NCBI GenBank assembly: GCA_965200245.1
Contig: CBDATS010000005.1
Coordinates: forward strand, 96,001-160,000
Direction of reading: 5' to 3'
Length of the DNA: 64,000 nucleotides
Origin: a bacterium
Lineage (GTDB): Bacteria > UBA8248
The notes below the pieces were generated by a model. The model made no database searches and was not told the DNA's origin. It saw only the letters and a list, made by a program, of their open reading frames with translations. Positions within the stretch are counted from its first letter, which is position 1. Every line of letters begins with the position of its first letter. Position numbers and translations under genes: made by a program. Positions 10,797 through 24,754 of the stretch are shown piece by piece.

Positions 10797-11636
10797 CTAT
10801 TCGGTTTCGATACCCCTCAACTCGCGCAACAGCACTCCGGCGTCTGGCGCGCGCATGAGAGCTTCACCGACCAGGATGGCGTCCACCCCCTCATCCACCA
10901 AGGGAGCCACTTCGCGCCACCCGAAAATCCCGCTCTCCGACACTAGGACGAGCGATTCCCGCTGCTCTGGCGTGAGGCGCCTGAATACCGAGACTGTATG
11001 CCGTGTGTCGACCTCGAAGGTCTTGAGATTGCGGTTGTTGACGCCGAGTATGCGGGTTCCGGTCTCCAGGGCACGACCGAGTTCTTCTTCGACGTACACC
11101 TCCACGAGTGCGTCCATTTCCAGTTCTTCGGCGAGAGAACGTAAGTCCTCCATCTGCGCCGTTTCGAGGATAGCCGCGATCAGCAGGACAGCGTCCGCTC
11201 CGCCCGCGCGCGCTTCCCAAATCTGGTACTCGGTGAAGATGAACTCCTTTCGGAGAACGGGCAGTCCTACCGCGCCACGTACCTGTTCGAGGTGCGCCAT
11301 ATCGCCCAGGAAGCGTCTGCGCTCGGTGAGCACCGAAATGGCTGCCGCGCCGCCCTCCTCATAGGCTCTGGCGATTTCGCCGGGCACGAATCGCTCCGCG
11401 ATCTGTCCCTGGGAGGGAGAGGCCTGCTTCACCTCGGCGATGACGCGCATCCGGCCGCTGGCCGCGTCCTCTTCTGAGTCCGGCCGCTTGAGAGCGCCTG
11501 CGAACTCCACCGCCGGCGGCATGTCGCGGGCCCGTGACTTTACGTCGGCTTCCGAGTGTTTTCTCTTGTCCGAGGCGATGTCCTCGCGGACGCCTTCCAC
11601 GAGTCTGTCCATAACGGTGTGCGTCGCAATCGTCAA
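10797..11636 (-). CDS. trpC: Indole-3-glycerol phosphate synthase
   Basis: IAEVKQASPSQG, ISVLTE, GVNNRNL, VSESGI, LVGEALMR; TTG start with GGGAG RBS assumed. Confidence 0.96.
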   Translation of the reverse strand: MTIATHTVMDRLVEGVREDIASDKRKHSEADVKSRARDMPPAVEFAGALKRPDSEEDAASGRMRVIAEVKQASPSQGQIAERFVPGEIARAYEEGGAAAISVLTERRRFLGDMAHLEQVRGAVGLPVLRKEFIFTEYQIWEARAGGADAVLLIAAILETAQMEDLRSLAEELEMDALVEVYVEEELGRALETGTRILGVNNRNLKTFEVDTRHTVSVFRRLTPEQRESLVLVSESGIFGWREVAPLVDEGVDAILVGEALMRAPDAGVLLRELRGIETE

Positions 11637-11695
11637 AATTCTTACTCCCGGCAGGTATCGACAACCTATAGGCGAGCAAAGCCACGCCATCTCGC

Positions 11696-12706
11696 TCAGG
11701 AATTGGATATCTCCACGAGACACTTGAGGACGCTTTCCGCCTCGCCCGAATCTATCACCGAGGCCGCCCGCGCAACTCCCTCGCTCAAATCCCCCGCCTT
11801 GCCCGCGGCGATGAGCGCGGCACCGGCGTTCAAGAGTACGATGTCACGCTTGGGGCCTTTCTCTCCCGCAAGGATGGCGCGCGTAATCTCCGCATTCTCC
11901 TCAGGCTCGCCCCCCTTGAGAGTGTCTGCGCCTGCGCGAACCAGACCCGCGTCCTCGGGCGTGACATCGTATGTCCTGATCTCCTTCCCGTCCCATTCCG
12001 ATACTCGCGAGGATCCGGTGAGCGTCAACTCGTCCATGCCGTCCGATCCGTGTACCACCAGTGCCTTCTGACAGCCCACCTGGCGCAGCACATCCGCCAC
12101 CAATTCTGTGAGTTCGGGCGCATATACGCCCACCAACTGGCTCTGGGCGCGCGCGGGGTTCGTGAGAGGCCCCATGACGTTGAAGATGCTGCGCATGGCG
12201 ATCTCGCGCCTGGGACCAATGGCGTGCTTCATCGCGCCGTGGAGCATCGGTGCGAACAGAAAGCCCACGCCCGCCTCGTCAATGCACTCACCCACCTTTT
12301 CGGGCGAAGCCTCGATGTTCACCCCCAGCGCCTTCAGCACGTCGGCGGCTCCCGATTTGCTCGATACCGCCCGGTTACCGTGCTTCGCCACGGGCTGACC
12401 CGCCGCTGCCACGACGAGGGCGGCGCTCGTGCTGATGTTGAAGGTCCGGGCGCCGTCGCCGCCTGTGCCCACCACGTCGATGACAAAAGGATGCTTTGTC
12501 TTCACCCACGTCGCCTTGGCGCGCATGGAGCGGACACTGCCCGCGATCTCCTCGGGAGTCTCTCCCGCCATGCGAAGCGCCACCAGATAGGCGCCAATCT
12601 GGGCAGGCGTGGCCTCGCCCGTCATAATGAGGTCCATCACCTTCTCCGCTTCATCCGCGCTCAAGTGACGGCCTTCCACGAGCTTTCCGATGGCTCCCTG
12701 AATCAT
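11696..12706 (-). CDS. trpD: Anthranilate phosphoribosyltransferase
   Basis: GTGGDG, FNIST, KHGNRAVSSKSG, GPLTNP, DGMDE. Confidence 0.97.
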   Translation of the reverse strand: MIQGAIGKLVEGRHLSADEAEKVMDLIMTGEATPAQIGAYLVALRMAGETPEEIAGSVRSMRAKATWVKTKHPFVIDVVGTGGDGARTFNISTSAALVVAAAGQPVAKHGNRAVSSKSGAADVLKALGVNIEASPEKVGECIDEAGVGFLFAPMLHGAMKHAIGPRREIAMRSIFNVMGPLTNPARAQSQLVGVYAPELTELVADVLRQVGCQKALVVHGSDGMDELTLTGSSRVSEWDGKEIRTYDVTPEDAGLVRAGADTLKGGEPEENAEITRAILAGEKGPKRDIVLLNAGAALIAAGKAGDLSEGVARAASVIDSGEAESVLKCLVEISNS

Positions 12707-12845
12707 GAACGCAAATCCTCATAATGTGGTGGAATCTTCACTTGCTCCCACAACCATGCGGCCCAGGGCAACTGCCGCCTGTCCCAGGTCATGTGCTCGA
12801 TTTTCGCAAATCCAAGGCTACAATACCGCTTCTGCCCGCATTTCC

Positions 12846-13430
12846 TCAAGGCCGTTCGATGGCGCCGTCAAGCGCATTCTGCAGCAGTGCCTTCCCCTCT
12901 GCCGAGAGGATCGACTCGGGATGAAACTGAACACCGGCGACCGCCTTGTCCCGGATGCGCAGTCCCATAATTTCGCCCTCATCCGTTTCCGCGCACACCT
13001 CGATACCGGAAGGCACATTCTCGCGCGCGAGCAGAAGGCTGTGGTAACGCGTGGCCACCATCGGATTCGGGAGGCCCCGAAACACGCCCTTTTCATCATG
13101 GTGTATCTCGGATGTTTTTCCGTGCATGATTCTCCCTGCACGAACGATACTCCCGCCGAAGACCGTAGCGATGGCCTGATGCCCCAGACACACGCCCAGA
13201 ATGGGATACTTTCCCGCAAATCTCTCGACGAGCGGTATCGAGAGACCGGCGGATTCCGGCCGACCCGGCCCGGGGGATATGACGATCATACCAGGCGCGA
13301 ATTCGGCCACGTCGTCGAGTTCGAACTGATCGTTTCGCCACACCGTCACCTCCGCTCCGAGTTCGGCCAGATACTGAACGAGGTTGTAGGTGAACGAATC
13401 GTAATTATCGATCATCAATATGCGTTTCAT
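12846..13430 (-). CDS. trpG: Anthranilate synthase glutamine amidotransferase subunit
   Basis: MIDNYDSFTYNL, SPGPG, GVCLGHQ, RYHSL, QFHPES; ATGA overlap with trpE stop. Confidence 0.96.
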   Translation of the reverse strand: MKRILMIDNYDSFTYNLVQYLAELGAEVTVWRNDQFELDDVAEFAPGMIVISPGPGRPESAGLSIPLVERFAGKYPILGVCLGHQAIATVFGGSIVRAGRIMHGKTSEIHHDEKGVFRGLPNPMVATRYHSLLLARENVPSGIEVCAETDEGEIMGLRIRDKAVAGVQFHPESILSAEGKALLQNALDGAIERP

Positions 13431-14965
13431 ATTACGTTCCCCGGTCTGCGGGAGTCGCCCCGCGCCACGTCGAGGGCACGGAGGGAGCCACGGGCCTTGT
13501 TGATGGTTTCCTCGTATTCGAAATCGGGTTTCGAGTCCGCTACGACACCCGCTCCCACCTGGAGGTAGAGCTTTCCTCCCCGCGTGAAGAGCGTGCGGAT
13601 GGCGATGCAGGTGTCCATGCTTCCGCCGAACCCGAAATACCCCACCGCACCCGCATAGGGGCCCCGGCGCACCGGTTCCATCTCGTCGATAATCTCCATC
13701 GCGCGCACCTTGGGCGCGCCCGAGACAGTGCCCGCCGGAAAAGAGGCCCGCAACACGTCGAACGCATCCTTTCCCTCGGCCAGCTTTCCCACCACATTGC
13801 TCACGATGTGCATGACGTGAGAATAGCGCTCGATCATCATCTGTTCGGTGACCCGCACCGTGCCGCGCTCGCAAACGCGGCCGAGGTCGTTGCGGCCGAG
13901 GTCGACTAGCATGATATGCTCTGCCCGCTCCTTCTCGTCCGCCAGCAATTCTTTCCCCAGGGCCCGATCTTCCGTCTCGTCCTCACCGCGCCTGCGTGTG
14001 CCCGCGATGGGCCGCACTTCGACTTTCTCCCCATCGAGCCGCACGAGCACCTCCGGAGATGCCCCCACAAGAGTCACCTCGCCGAGTTCGAGATAGAACA
14101 TGTAGGGAGAGGGATTGACCGTCCGAAGTACCCGGTAGATGGAAAATGGATGCACATCCAGTGCACTTTCAAGACGCTGGGAGAGAACGACCTGAATCGC
14201 CTCGCCCGCATGGATGAGTTCCACCGTATCGGCGACGGCCTTCTCGAATCCCTCGCGCGAAAAAGACGAGTAAAGGCCTGGCATGTTCTCGACGGGGTGC
14301 CCGTTTCCACCCTCGGAAGGCGTTTCCGGGGGTTCATCCGGCGGAGCGACGGAGGGGCCTTTCAGTTTTTCGATGAGTGCATCGACGCGCACGCACGCAC
14401 TTTCGTAGGCGGCCTCGGGGCCGTCGTCACGAACGTGAGCATGGGCGAGGACGTACATTTTCTGGGCCATGTTGTCGAAGATGACCAGCGACTTCGTGAT
14501 CATGAAAAGCAGTTCGGGCAATTCGAGATCGTCATGCGCATTCTCGGGCAGACGTTCGATGAAGCGAACCGCGTCATAACCCATGTAGCCGATGGCCCCT
14601 CCCCAGAACCTCGGGAGACCGGGAAGGTCAACGGGTATGTAGGGTTGTATCAGACGCCTGAGTGCGTCAATGGGATCATCGACGGCGAATTCTTCGCTCT
14701 CCCCGTCCTGCGTGACACGCACCCTCCTCCCCTTGCTCTCGAAAATGAGGTGAGGCTCGCTGCCCAAAAAGGTATATCTCGCCCATTTCTCTCCGCCCTC
14801 GACGCTTTCGAGCAAGAACGAATGGGAACCGTCCGCAACTTTCAGATAGGCCGATACCGGCGTATCGAGATCGGCGAGAATTTCGCGGTAGACCGGAATG
14901 ATGTTGCCCCGCTCGCAAAGAGCGAGGAAAGTTTCTTTGTCCGGTGCATGATTTTCTGAGTTCAT
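13427..14965 (-). CDS. trpE: Anthranilate synthase component I
   Basis: LLESVEG, NPSPYM, PIAGT, EHIMLVDLGRND, PAGTVSGAPK. Confidence 0.97.
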   Translation of the reverse strand: MNSENHAPDKETFLALCERGNIIPVYREILADLDTPVSAYLKVADGSHSFLLESVEGGEKWARYTFLGSEPHLIFESKGRRVRVTQDGESEEFAVDDPIDALRRLIQPYIPVDLPGLPRFWGGAIGYMGYDAVRFIERLPENAHDDLELPELLFMITKSLVIFDNMAQKMYVLAHAHVRDDGPEAAYESACVRVDALIEKLKGPSVAPPDEPPETPSEGGNGHPVENMPGLYSSFSREGFEKAVADTVELIHAGEAIQVVLSQRLESALDVHPFSIYRVLRTVNPSPYMFYLELGEVTLVGASPEVLVRLDGEKVEVRPIAGTRRRGEDETEDRALGKELLADEKERAEHIMLVDLGRNDLGRVCERGTVRVTEQMMIERYSHVMHIVSNVVGKLAEGKDAFDVLRASFPAGTVSGAPKVRAMEIIDEMEPVRRGPYAGAVGYFGFGGSMDTCIAIRTLFTRGGKLYLQVGAGVVADSKPDFEYEETINKARGSLRALDVARGDSRRPGNVI

Positions 14966-15010
14966 TTCTCCTCGAGAGTTCGCCTTGCAGGCGACGCCTC
15001 GCCTCCAAAG

Positions 15011-15045
15011 AAAAAAGCCACGGGACCGGGTGGGCCACCATGGCT
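15011..15045 (-). terminator. trp attenuator terminator
   Basis: AGCCAUGG...CCGUGGCU stem followed by a U tract, 46 nt before trpE. Confidence 0.8.
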
Positions 15046-15081
15046 ATAGAGTTTCATTCCAAAAGATTCCGACTACAACCC

Positions 15082-15153
15082 TTATGGCACACCTCCAGAA
15101 TTGGCGGGGCATCGCCAGGGCCAAGCCTCCCTGCATGTTTCATGCTTACTCAT
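15082..15153 (-). CDS. trpL: trp operon leader peptide
   Basis: MSKHETCREAWPWRCPANSGGVP* with W-P-W, upstream GGGGA, followed by antiterminator/terminator segments. Confidence 0.75.
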   Translation of the reverse strand: MSKHETCREAWPWRCPANSGGVP

Positions 15154-15220
15154 TCGCTGCTATCCCCATATACGCAGAGTCCGCTACTCAGTTGAAGATA
15201 CTCAAATTCCGGAGAAATGG

Positions 15221-16024
15221 TCAAGCGTCGATTTCTTCGGGTCCCGGAGTGGCTTCCGGCGGGAGTTGCTCTCCATAGTCCACACAAACCAGCGCAAGCC
15301 CCTGGGGAGGCGCGTTGACGCCCGCGAGCGTTCTGCTTTTCCCCGCGAGCACCTCTCGCACGGACTCGGCTTTGCGACCCCCGTGTCCCACCTCCACCAG
15401 GACGCCGGTCAGGTTCCTCACCATGTGGCGCAGAAAACCTTCTGCCGTCGCCTCGATGATCACCTCATCGCCGACGCGATCCACATTCAGGCGTTCGAGG
15501 CGGCGCACCGTGTTTTCGGGTCTTCCCTTCTCCCGACAGAAGCTCGCGAAATCATGCTCGCCTTCAAGTATTTCCGCCGCGAGGCACATCGCTCCTACAT
15601 CGAGGCGTTTCCGGACATGCCAAGTATACGAGCGGCGAATGGCACTTGGCGAGCGGCGATTCAGGATTCGGTAGCGGTAGGTCTTTCGAACAGCGTCAAA
15701 CTGGGCATGAAAACCGCTGGCGGTCTCCCGGCAATCGAAGATCGAGATGTCGCGGTCCATCATGGTGTTAAGACCTATCCGGACCTTGTAGGGTTCGATT
15801 GCAGAGCGCGTGCAGAAATGCGCCACCTGCCCCCATGCGTGGACACCCGCATCGGTGCGGCCCGAACCGATGACGCGTATCGGTTCTCCGCACATCTTCG
15901 CGAGAGCGCCTTCTATTTCGCTCTGGACGGTTCTCTGACCGGGCTGAGTCTGCCACCCGTGAAAGTTCGTGCCCTCGTATTCTATCCAGAGGACAAGGCA
16001 GCGTGTCTTTACGGCGTTCATCAC
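15221..16024 (-). CDS. truA: tRNA pseudouridine(38-40) synthase
   Basis: YEGTNFHGWQ, GRTDAGVHA, HDFASF, FLRHMVR. Confidence 0.97.
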   Translation of the reverse strand: MMNAVKTRCLVLWIEYEGTNFHGWQTQPGQRTVQSEIEGALAKMCGEPIRVIGSGRTDAGVHAWGQVAHFCTRSAIEPYKVRIGLNTMMDRDISIFDCRETASGFHAQFDAVRKTYRYRILNRRSPSAIRRSYTWHVRKRLDVGAMCLAAEILEGEHDFASFCREKGRPENTVRRLERLNVDRVGDEVIIEATAEGFLRHMVRNLTGVLVEVGHGGRKAESVREVLAGKSRTLAGVNAPPQGLALVCVDYGEQLPPEATPGPEEIDA

Positions 16025-16031
16025 GAAGAGG

Positions 16032-18896
<2,865 letters not shown>

Positions 18897-18946
18897 GTGC
18901 CTCTCCCGCCGCACGGGGCCCCGCCAGCAGCGAAGCGATGAGCAGG

Positions 18947-19720
18947 CTAGTACCAGATGAGCCCGCCCGTCACGTTGATGTCCTGGGCGGTCATGTGAGC
19001 AGCCTCTTCAGAGGCCAGAAACACGCATAGGGCGGCGTGATCCTCTGCGTCGACGAGCGTCTTGAGCGCCGCCGGCGCAGTGAAGGTCTGCTTCGCCTCC
19101 TCGAAGGTGGTCCCGAAGCTCTGTGCCATGTTCTCGATGACGCTGTCGATCCTGGGGCCGGAAGTCGCTCCTGGACACACTGCGTTCACAGTGACACCGT
19201 ACTCTCCGAGTTCGAATGCGAGGGTACGCGTCAGACCGATGACTGCCATCTTGGATGCCGTGTAGGGCGTACGGTTCGGCAGGGGCCGCTTGCCGCTCAT
19301 CGAACTGATAATGAGGATGCGCCCATACCTGTTTTTTTTCATCGTGGGGATGACATGCTTCGTCATGAGGAACGTGCCTGTAACATTCACGTCGAAACAC
19401 TCCTCCCATTCATCGCGAGTTATCTCCTCGCATGCCTTGGTGGGGCCTGCGATGCCGGAGTTGTTGACGAGGATGTCGATGGTACCGAATTCTGCAAGCG
19501 CCTTTTCGGCGAGGGCCTTTACCGCGGCCTCATCGGTGAGATCGGTAGGCACGACGAGGGATGATCCTTCAGGCATTTCGGTGGCGGTGGCTTCCAGATT
19601 CGCGACAGAGCGCGCCGCGAGCACGACCTTGGCTCCCTCCTGCGCGAACGTAAGCGCGATGACCTTTCCGATTCCCTGTCCCGCCCCTGTAACGATGGCA
19701 ACTTTGTCCTTCAAACGCAT
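18947..19720 (-). CDS. Short-chain dehydrogenase/reductase
   Basis: TGAGQGIG, LVNNSG, YTASK catalytic motif. Confidence 0.93.
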   Translation of the reverse strand: MRLKDKVAIVTGAGQGIGKVIALTFAQEGAKVVLAARSVANLEATATEMPEGSSLVVPTDLTDEAAVKALAEKALAEFGTIDILVNNSGIAGPTKACEEITRDEWEECFDVNVTGTFLMTKHVIPTMKKNRYGRILIISSMSGKRPLPNRTPYTASKMAVIGLTRTLAFELGEYGVTVNAVCPGATSGPRIDSVIENMAQSFGTTFEEAKQTFTAPAALKTLVDAEDHAALCVFLASEEAAHMTAQDINVTGGLIWY

Positions 19721-19721
19721 T

Positions 19722-20180
19722 CTATGAATTCTCCCGATGATTCGATTCGGTGATTTCCAACTCATCGGCGGGCAGTTCCACTCCCGAGAACCAGAAACCC
19801 AGTTCGAAGGCCGCGGTATCGGGCGCGTCCGATCCGTGTGTGGAGTTGCGCTCGATGCTCTCGCCGAATTCCGCGCGAATCGTTCCCGGAGCGGCTTCGG
19901 CGGGGTTCGTCGCGCCCATCACGTCGCGCCAGTGCTTGATGGCATTCTCGCGCTCGAGCGCCAGAACCACAGTGCGCCCGGAAGACATGAATGTCGTGAG
20001 GTCGTCATAAAAGGGGCGCTCCCTGTGGACGGCGTAAAATGCCTCTGCCTGGGCTTTCGACATGTGGACCAGCTTCATGCCCACGACCTGAAAACCTTCT
20101 GTTTCAATCCACGCCAGAATCCTGCCGGCGAGACCCCGATAGGTGGCGTCGGGTTTAATCATCGCGAACGTACGTTCCAT
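19722..20180 (-). CDS. ndk: Nucleoside diphosphate kinase
   Basis: [23 protein letters not shown]. Confidence 0.97.
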   Translation of the reverse strand: MERTFAMIKPDATYRGLAGRILAWIETEGFQVVGMKLVHMSKAQAEAFYAVHRERPFYDDLTTFMSSGRTVVLALERENAIKHWRDVMGATNPAEAAPGTIRAEFGESIERNSTHGSDAPDTAAFELGFWFSGVELPADELEITESNHRENS

Positions 20181-20207
20181 GAGTCAATTTCCTTTCATTG
20201 TGTGTCG

Positions 20208-21104
20208 TTACGCCCTGCCCAAGGCCTTCGCCATGGTGAGACCCATATCAGCCGGGCTTTCGGTGACGTGAATGCCGCATTCGGACATGACCCGCATTTT
20301 CTCAGCAGCAGTACCTTCCCCTCCTGAGATGATCGCTCCCGCGTGGCCCATGCGCCTGCCTGGAGGAGCCGTCTGGCCCGCGATGAAGCCTACCAGCGGT
20401 TTGGTTACATTCTGCTTCGCCCAGCGCGCCGCATCTTGCTCAGCCGTACCACCGATTTCGCCGATCATGATGATAGCCTCGGTCGCCGGGTCGTCCTCGA
20501 ACCTTCGCAGAAGGTCGATATACATTGTGCCGATGATGGGGTCACCGCCGATACCCACGCAGGTACTTTGCCCCAGGCTCTGCTCGGTAAGCTGTGCGAC
20601 GACCTCGTAGGTGAGCGTGCCACTTTTCGATATAACGCCGATGGTCCCTTCCTTGTGGATGTGACCCGGCATGATGCCCATCTTGCAGCCACCGGGCGTG
20701 ATGACACCCGGGCAGTTGGGGCCGATAAGCACGGCACCGCTGTCTTCCATGTGACGCTTCACGTATACCATGTCGCGCACCGGTATACCCTCTGTAATGC
20801 ACACCACGAGCGGGAGACCGGCGTCCACGGCCTCCACGATGGCGTCCGCCGCAAAAGGGGGCGGTACGAAAATGAGCGAGGCGTTGGCACCCGTCTCACG
20901 CACCGCGTCGGCCACCGTGTTGAACACGGGCACGCCGTCCGCCTCCTGACCGCCCTTTCCGGGCGTCACGCCCGCCACTACAGCACCGCCGCCGCCCGCG
21001 AACTCGCTGCTGTATTTTTGACACTGTCCGGCGTGAAAGCCTCCCTCGCGCCCGGTGATTCCCTGCACGAGGATGCGCGTCTCCTTGTCGATCAGAATAC
21101 TCAA
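20208..21104 (-). CDS. sucD: Succinyl-CoA ligase alpha subunit
   Basis: QGITG, GPNCPG, SGTLTYE, MGHAGA phospho-His. Confidence 0.97.
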   Translation of the reverse strand: MSILIDKETRILVQGITGREGGFHAGQCQKYSSEFAGGGGAVVAGVTPGKGGQEADGVPVFNTVADAVRETGANASLIFVPPPFAADAIVEAVDAGLPLVVCITEGIPVRDMVYVKRHMEDSGAVLIGPNCPGVITPGGCKMGIMPGHIHKEGTIGVISKSGTLTYEVVAQLTEQSLGQSTCVGIGGDPIIGTMYIDLLRRFEDDPATEAIIMIGEIGGTAEQDAARWAKQNVTKPLVGFIAGQTAPPGRRMGHAGAIISGGEGTAAEKMRVMSECGIHVTESPADMGLTMAKALGRA

Positions 21105-21115
21105 AACCAGACCCC

Positions 21116-22276
21116 CTATCGGTTCAGAGCCGCCACCACCTTCTCGGCGGAATCGGCCATGCCATTGCCCACGGTAAAATCGAGACCCGAATCTTCAAGT
21201 ATCTCGCGGCCCTTCTCCACATTCGTCCCCTCCATGCGGATGATGATGGGCACGTTCACGTTCACGGTCTTTACTGCCTCCACGACGCCCTCCGCCAGGA
21301 TATCGCAGCGCAGGATGCCACCGAAGATATTGATGAAGACGGCCTGGACGTCCGGATCGTCCATGAGGATGCGGAAGGCGTTCTCCACCATCTCCTTGCT
21401 CGCACCGCCGCCCACGTCCAGGAAGTTCGCAGGCGACGCGCCCGCAAGCTTGATGATGTCCATCGTCGCCATAGCAAGACCGGCTCCGTTCACCATGCAG
21501 GCAACCGAACCGTCGAGCTTGATGTAGTTGAGGTTATACTTCGAGGCTTCGACTTCGAGCGGGTCTTCCTCGTCCTCATCGCGCATCGCAGCCACTTCCC
21601 CGTGACGGTAGAGCGCGTTGTCATCGAAGTTCACCTTGGCGTCGAGCGCGAGGATGCGGCCATCCTTCGTCTGCACCAAAGGGTTGATCTCGACCAGCGA
21701 GGCGTCCATCTCGTCGTAGAACCGATAGAGGTTCGTGACGAATTTTACGCCCTCACGAACAAGATCGGCAGGCAGTTCCAATCCGAATGCGACGCGACGG
21801 GCCGTGGAAGGCCACACAGAGAGCGCCGGGTCTACCGGAATCTTCAGAAGTTTTTCCGGCGTTTTCGCGGCTACTTCCTCGATGTCCATGCCGCCCTCTG
21901 TGCTCGCCATAATAGTGGGACGGCCCGTAGCCCGGTCAAGCACGACGCCGAGATAGAGTTCGCGCTCGATGTCGCTTGCCTCCTCCACCCATACCTTCTT
22001 GACGAGTCGACCCTCCGGCCCCGTCTGGTGCGTTACCAGCGTCATACCGATAATCCGGGATGCCGCTTCTTTCGCTTCTGCAGGCGTCTCGGCCAGCTTG
22101 ACTCCGCCTCCCTTGCCGCGTCCCCCCGCGTGGATTTGCGCCTTGACAACCACTGTCCCGCCTAAATCCGCTGCGATGCGCCCGGCCTCATCCGCCGTCT
22201 CTGCGACGCCGCCCTTCGGGACGGCCACGCCGTATTTTGCAAGCAACTCCTTGCCCTGATACTCGTGGATGTTCAT
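21116..22276 (-). CDS. sucC: Succinyl-CoA ligase beta subunit
   Basis: [35 protein letters not shown]. Confidence 0.97.
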   Translation of the reverse strand: MNIHEYQGKELLAKYGVAVPKGGVAETADEAGRIAADLGGTVVVKAQIHAGGRGKGGGVKLAETPAEAKEAASRIIGMTLVTHQTGPEGRLVKKVWVEEASDIERELYLGVVLDRATGRPTIMASTEGGMDIEEVAAKTPEKLLKIPVDPALSVWPSTARRVAFGLELPADLVREGVKFVTNLYRFYDEMDASLVEINPLVQTKDGRILALDAKVNFDDNALYRHGEVAAMRDEDEEDPLEVEASKYNLNYIKLDGSVACMVNGAGLAMATMDIIKLAGASPANFLDVGGGASKEMVENAFRILMDDPDVQAVFINIFGGILRCDILAEGVVEAVKTVNVNVPIIIRMEGTNVEKGREILEDSGLDFTVGNGMADSAEKVVAALNR

Positions 22277-22372
22277 CCAACCCCTCCAGAATCAAAACGA
22301 TAAAAAACGTTTAAGCGACGAACCTGCGAATGATAATCACACTTGGAAAACAAGGCGCGAAGCCGCAAAATC

Positions 22373-22918
22373 TCACTTCGAAAACGCCTTAAAACCTTCG
22401 GTGAAGATATCGCGTCCCCGGCTGTCCACGGCAACCACAACCGGGAATTTCTCGACCACCAGCCTGCGGATCGCCTCGGTTCCCAAATCTTCATAGGCGA
22501 TGAGTTCGGCCTCCTTGATCCGCTTCGCCAACAGGGCGGCCGTCCCGCCGACAGCGGCGAAATATACGGCACGGTGCCTGGCGATGGCCTCGACCACAGC
22601 CGGGCTTCTGCCCCCCTTCCCTATCATCCCGGTAAGGCCGAGTTCCAACATCCGGGGCGTATAGGCGTCCATGCGGCCACTCGTCGTGGGTCCTGCCGAG
22701 CCGATGACAGCATCCGGCTTGGGCGGCGTCGGTCCCACGTAATAGAGCACCTGGCCCGCTACATCGATGGGCAACGACTTTCCGCGCGCCGCATCCTCAA
22801 GCATGCGCTTGTGGGCAGCGTCGCGCGCCGTATAGAGAACACCGCTCAACTCGCACATCTCTCCCATCGAGAGGGATTCCACCAGCTCGGGGTCGAGCGG
22901 GAGATCCAGCGACCGCAT
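22373..22918 (-). CDS. Fe-S hydro-lyase beta subunit (class I fumarase/tartrate dehydratase)
   Basis: TARDAAHKR, GPTTSGRM, IGKG, DLGTEAI; TCA cluster context. Confidence 0.93.
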   Translation of the reverse strand: MRSLDLPLDPELVESLSMGEMCELSGVLYTARDAAHKRMLEDAARGKSLPIDVAGQVLYYVGPTPPKPDAVIGSAGPTTSGRMDAYTPRMLELGLTGMIGKGGRSPAVVEAIARHRAVYFAAVGGTAALLAKRIKEAELIAYEDLGTEAIRRLVVEKFPVVVAVDSRGRDIFTEGFKAFSK

Positions 22919-22919
22919 G

Positions 22920-23762
22920 CTAAAGAACCACCTCGGCGTGGCGATGCGCGTGACATTCCACGTTGATACAGATCGGCAACGCACCGATGTGGCAGGCGTA
23001 GGTTTCGACGTGCACGGCGATGCAGGTGGTATCCCCACCCATACCCATTGGCCCCACGCCGGTCCTGTTCACTGCCTCCAGAATTTCACGTTCGAGCTCG
23101 GCCACGAGCGGGTCGGGGTTGGGCTCGCCCAGTTCGCGGAAAAGCGCCCATTTCGCCTGTAGAGCCGCCTTCTCTATCGAGCCGCCCAGACCGACGCCCA
23201 ACAGAACCGGCGGACACGGATTACCGCCCGAATGGAAAACATGTTCGACGATGGTGCGTATGACACCCTCTCTGCCGTCCGAGGGCTTGAGCATGCGCGC
23301 CATGCTCATGTTCTCCGCCCCTGTTCCCTTGGCTGCGAAATAGAGTTTGAGCCTATCGCCCTCGACGACGAGGTAGTGGATCACAGCAGGCGTATTATCT
23401 TTCGTGTTTACGCGCCGGAGTGGGTCGTTGACCACCGAGCCTCGCAGATAGCCGTCCCGATAGCCCTGGCGTATACCCTCGTTGATGGCGTCCTCCAGAA
23501 GCCCGCCCTCTATACGGATATCCTGGCCCACCTCGGCAAAGACGATGGAAACGCCCGTGTCCTGACAGTAAGGTACGCGCTCGGCCGACGCGAGGGCAGC
23601 GTTTTCAGTGATTTGATCCAGCACCATCAGGCCCAGGGACGACGTTTCACCAGCCTTCGCCTCTTCCACTTTGCGCACATAGGCGGGATCTACGTGATAG
23701 TTCGACTCGATGGCCATTTCGCGAATCCTAGCCGTAACCTCACTTGCGTCTATTTTTCGCAT
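22920..23762 (-). CDS. Fe-S hydro-lyase alpha subunit (class I fumarase/tartrate dehydratase)
   Basis: CQDTG, KGTGAEN, NPCPP, GPMGMGG, CHIG, CHAHRH. Confidence 0.93.
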   Translation of the reverse strand: MRKIDASEVTARIREMAIESNYHVDPAYVRKVEEAKAGETSSLGLMVLDQITENAALASAERVPYCQDTGVSIVFAEVGQDIRIEGGLLEDAINEGIRQGYRDGYLRGSVVNDPLRRVNTKDNTPAVIHYLVVEGDRLKLYFAAKGTGAENMSMARMLKPSDGREGVIRTIVEHVFHSGGNPCPPVLLGVGLGGSIEKAALQAKWALFRELGEPNPDPLVAELEREILEAVNRTGVGPMGMGGDTTCIAVHVETYACHIGALPICINVECHAHRHAEVVL

Positions 23763-23802
23763 GGCCCATCCGTCCGTCGCGCACCGTCTACAAATGGCTC
23801 GT

Positions 23803-24744
<942 letters not shown>

Positions 24745-24754
24745 TCAGCCGTGA

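Noticed and set aside
13431-13874. Long N-terminal extension of trpG in the ORF track (similar extensions on dgt, pyrR, fumarase beta and ACAD1)
   Set aside because: Overlaps neighbouring genes or leaders; family homology starts at the downstream start codon
15000-15220. T-box riboswitch before trpE
   Set aside because: No AAGGTGGTACC-like T-box or stem I motifs; the leader-peptide model fits better
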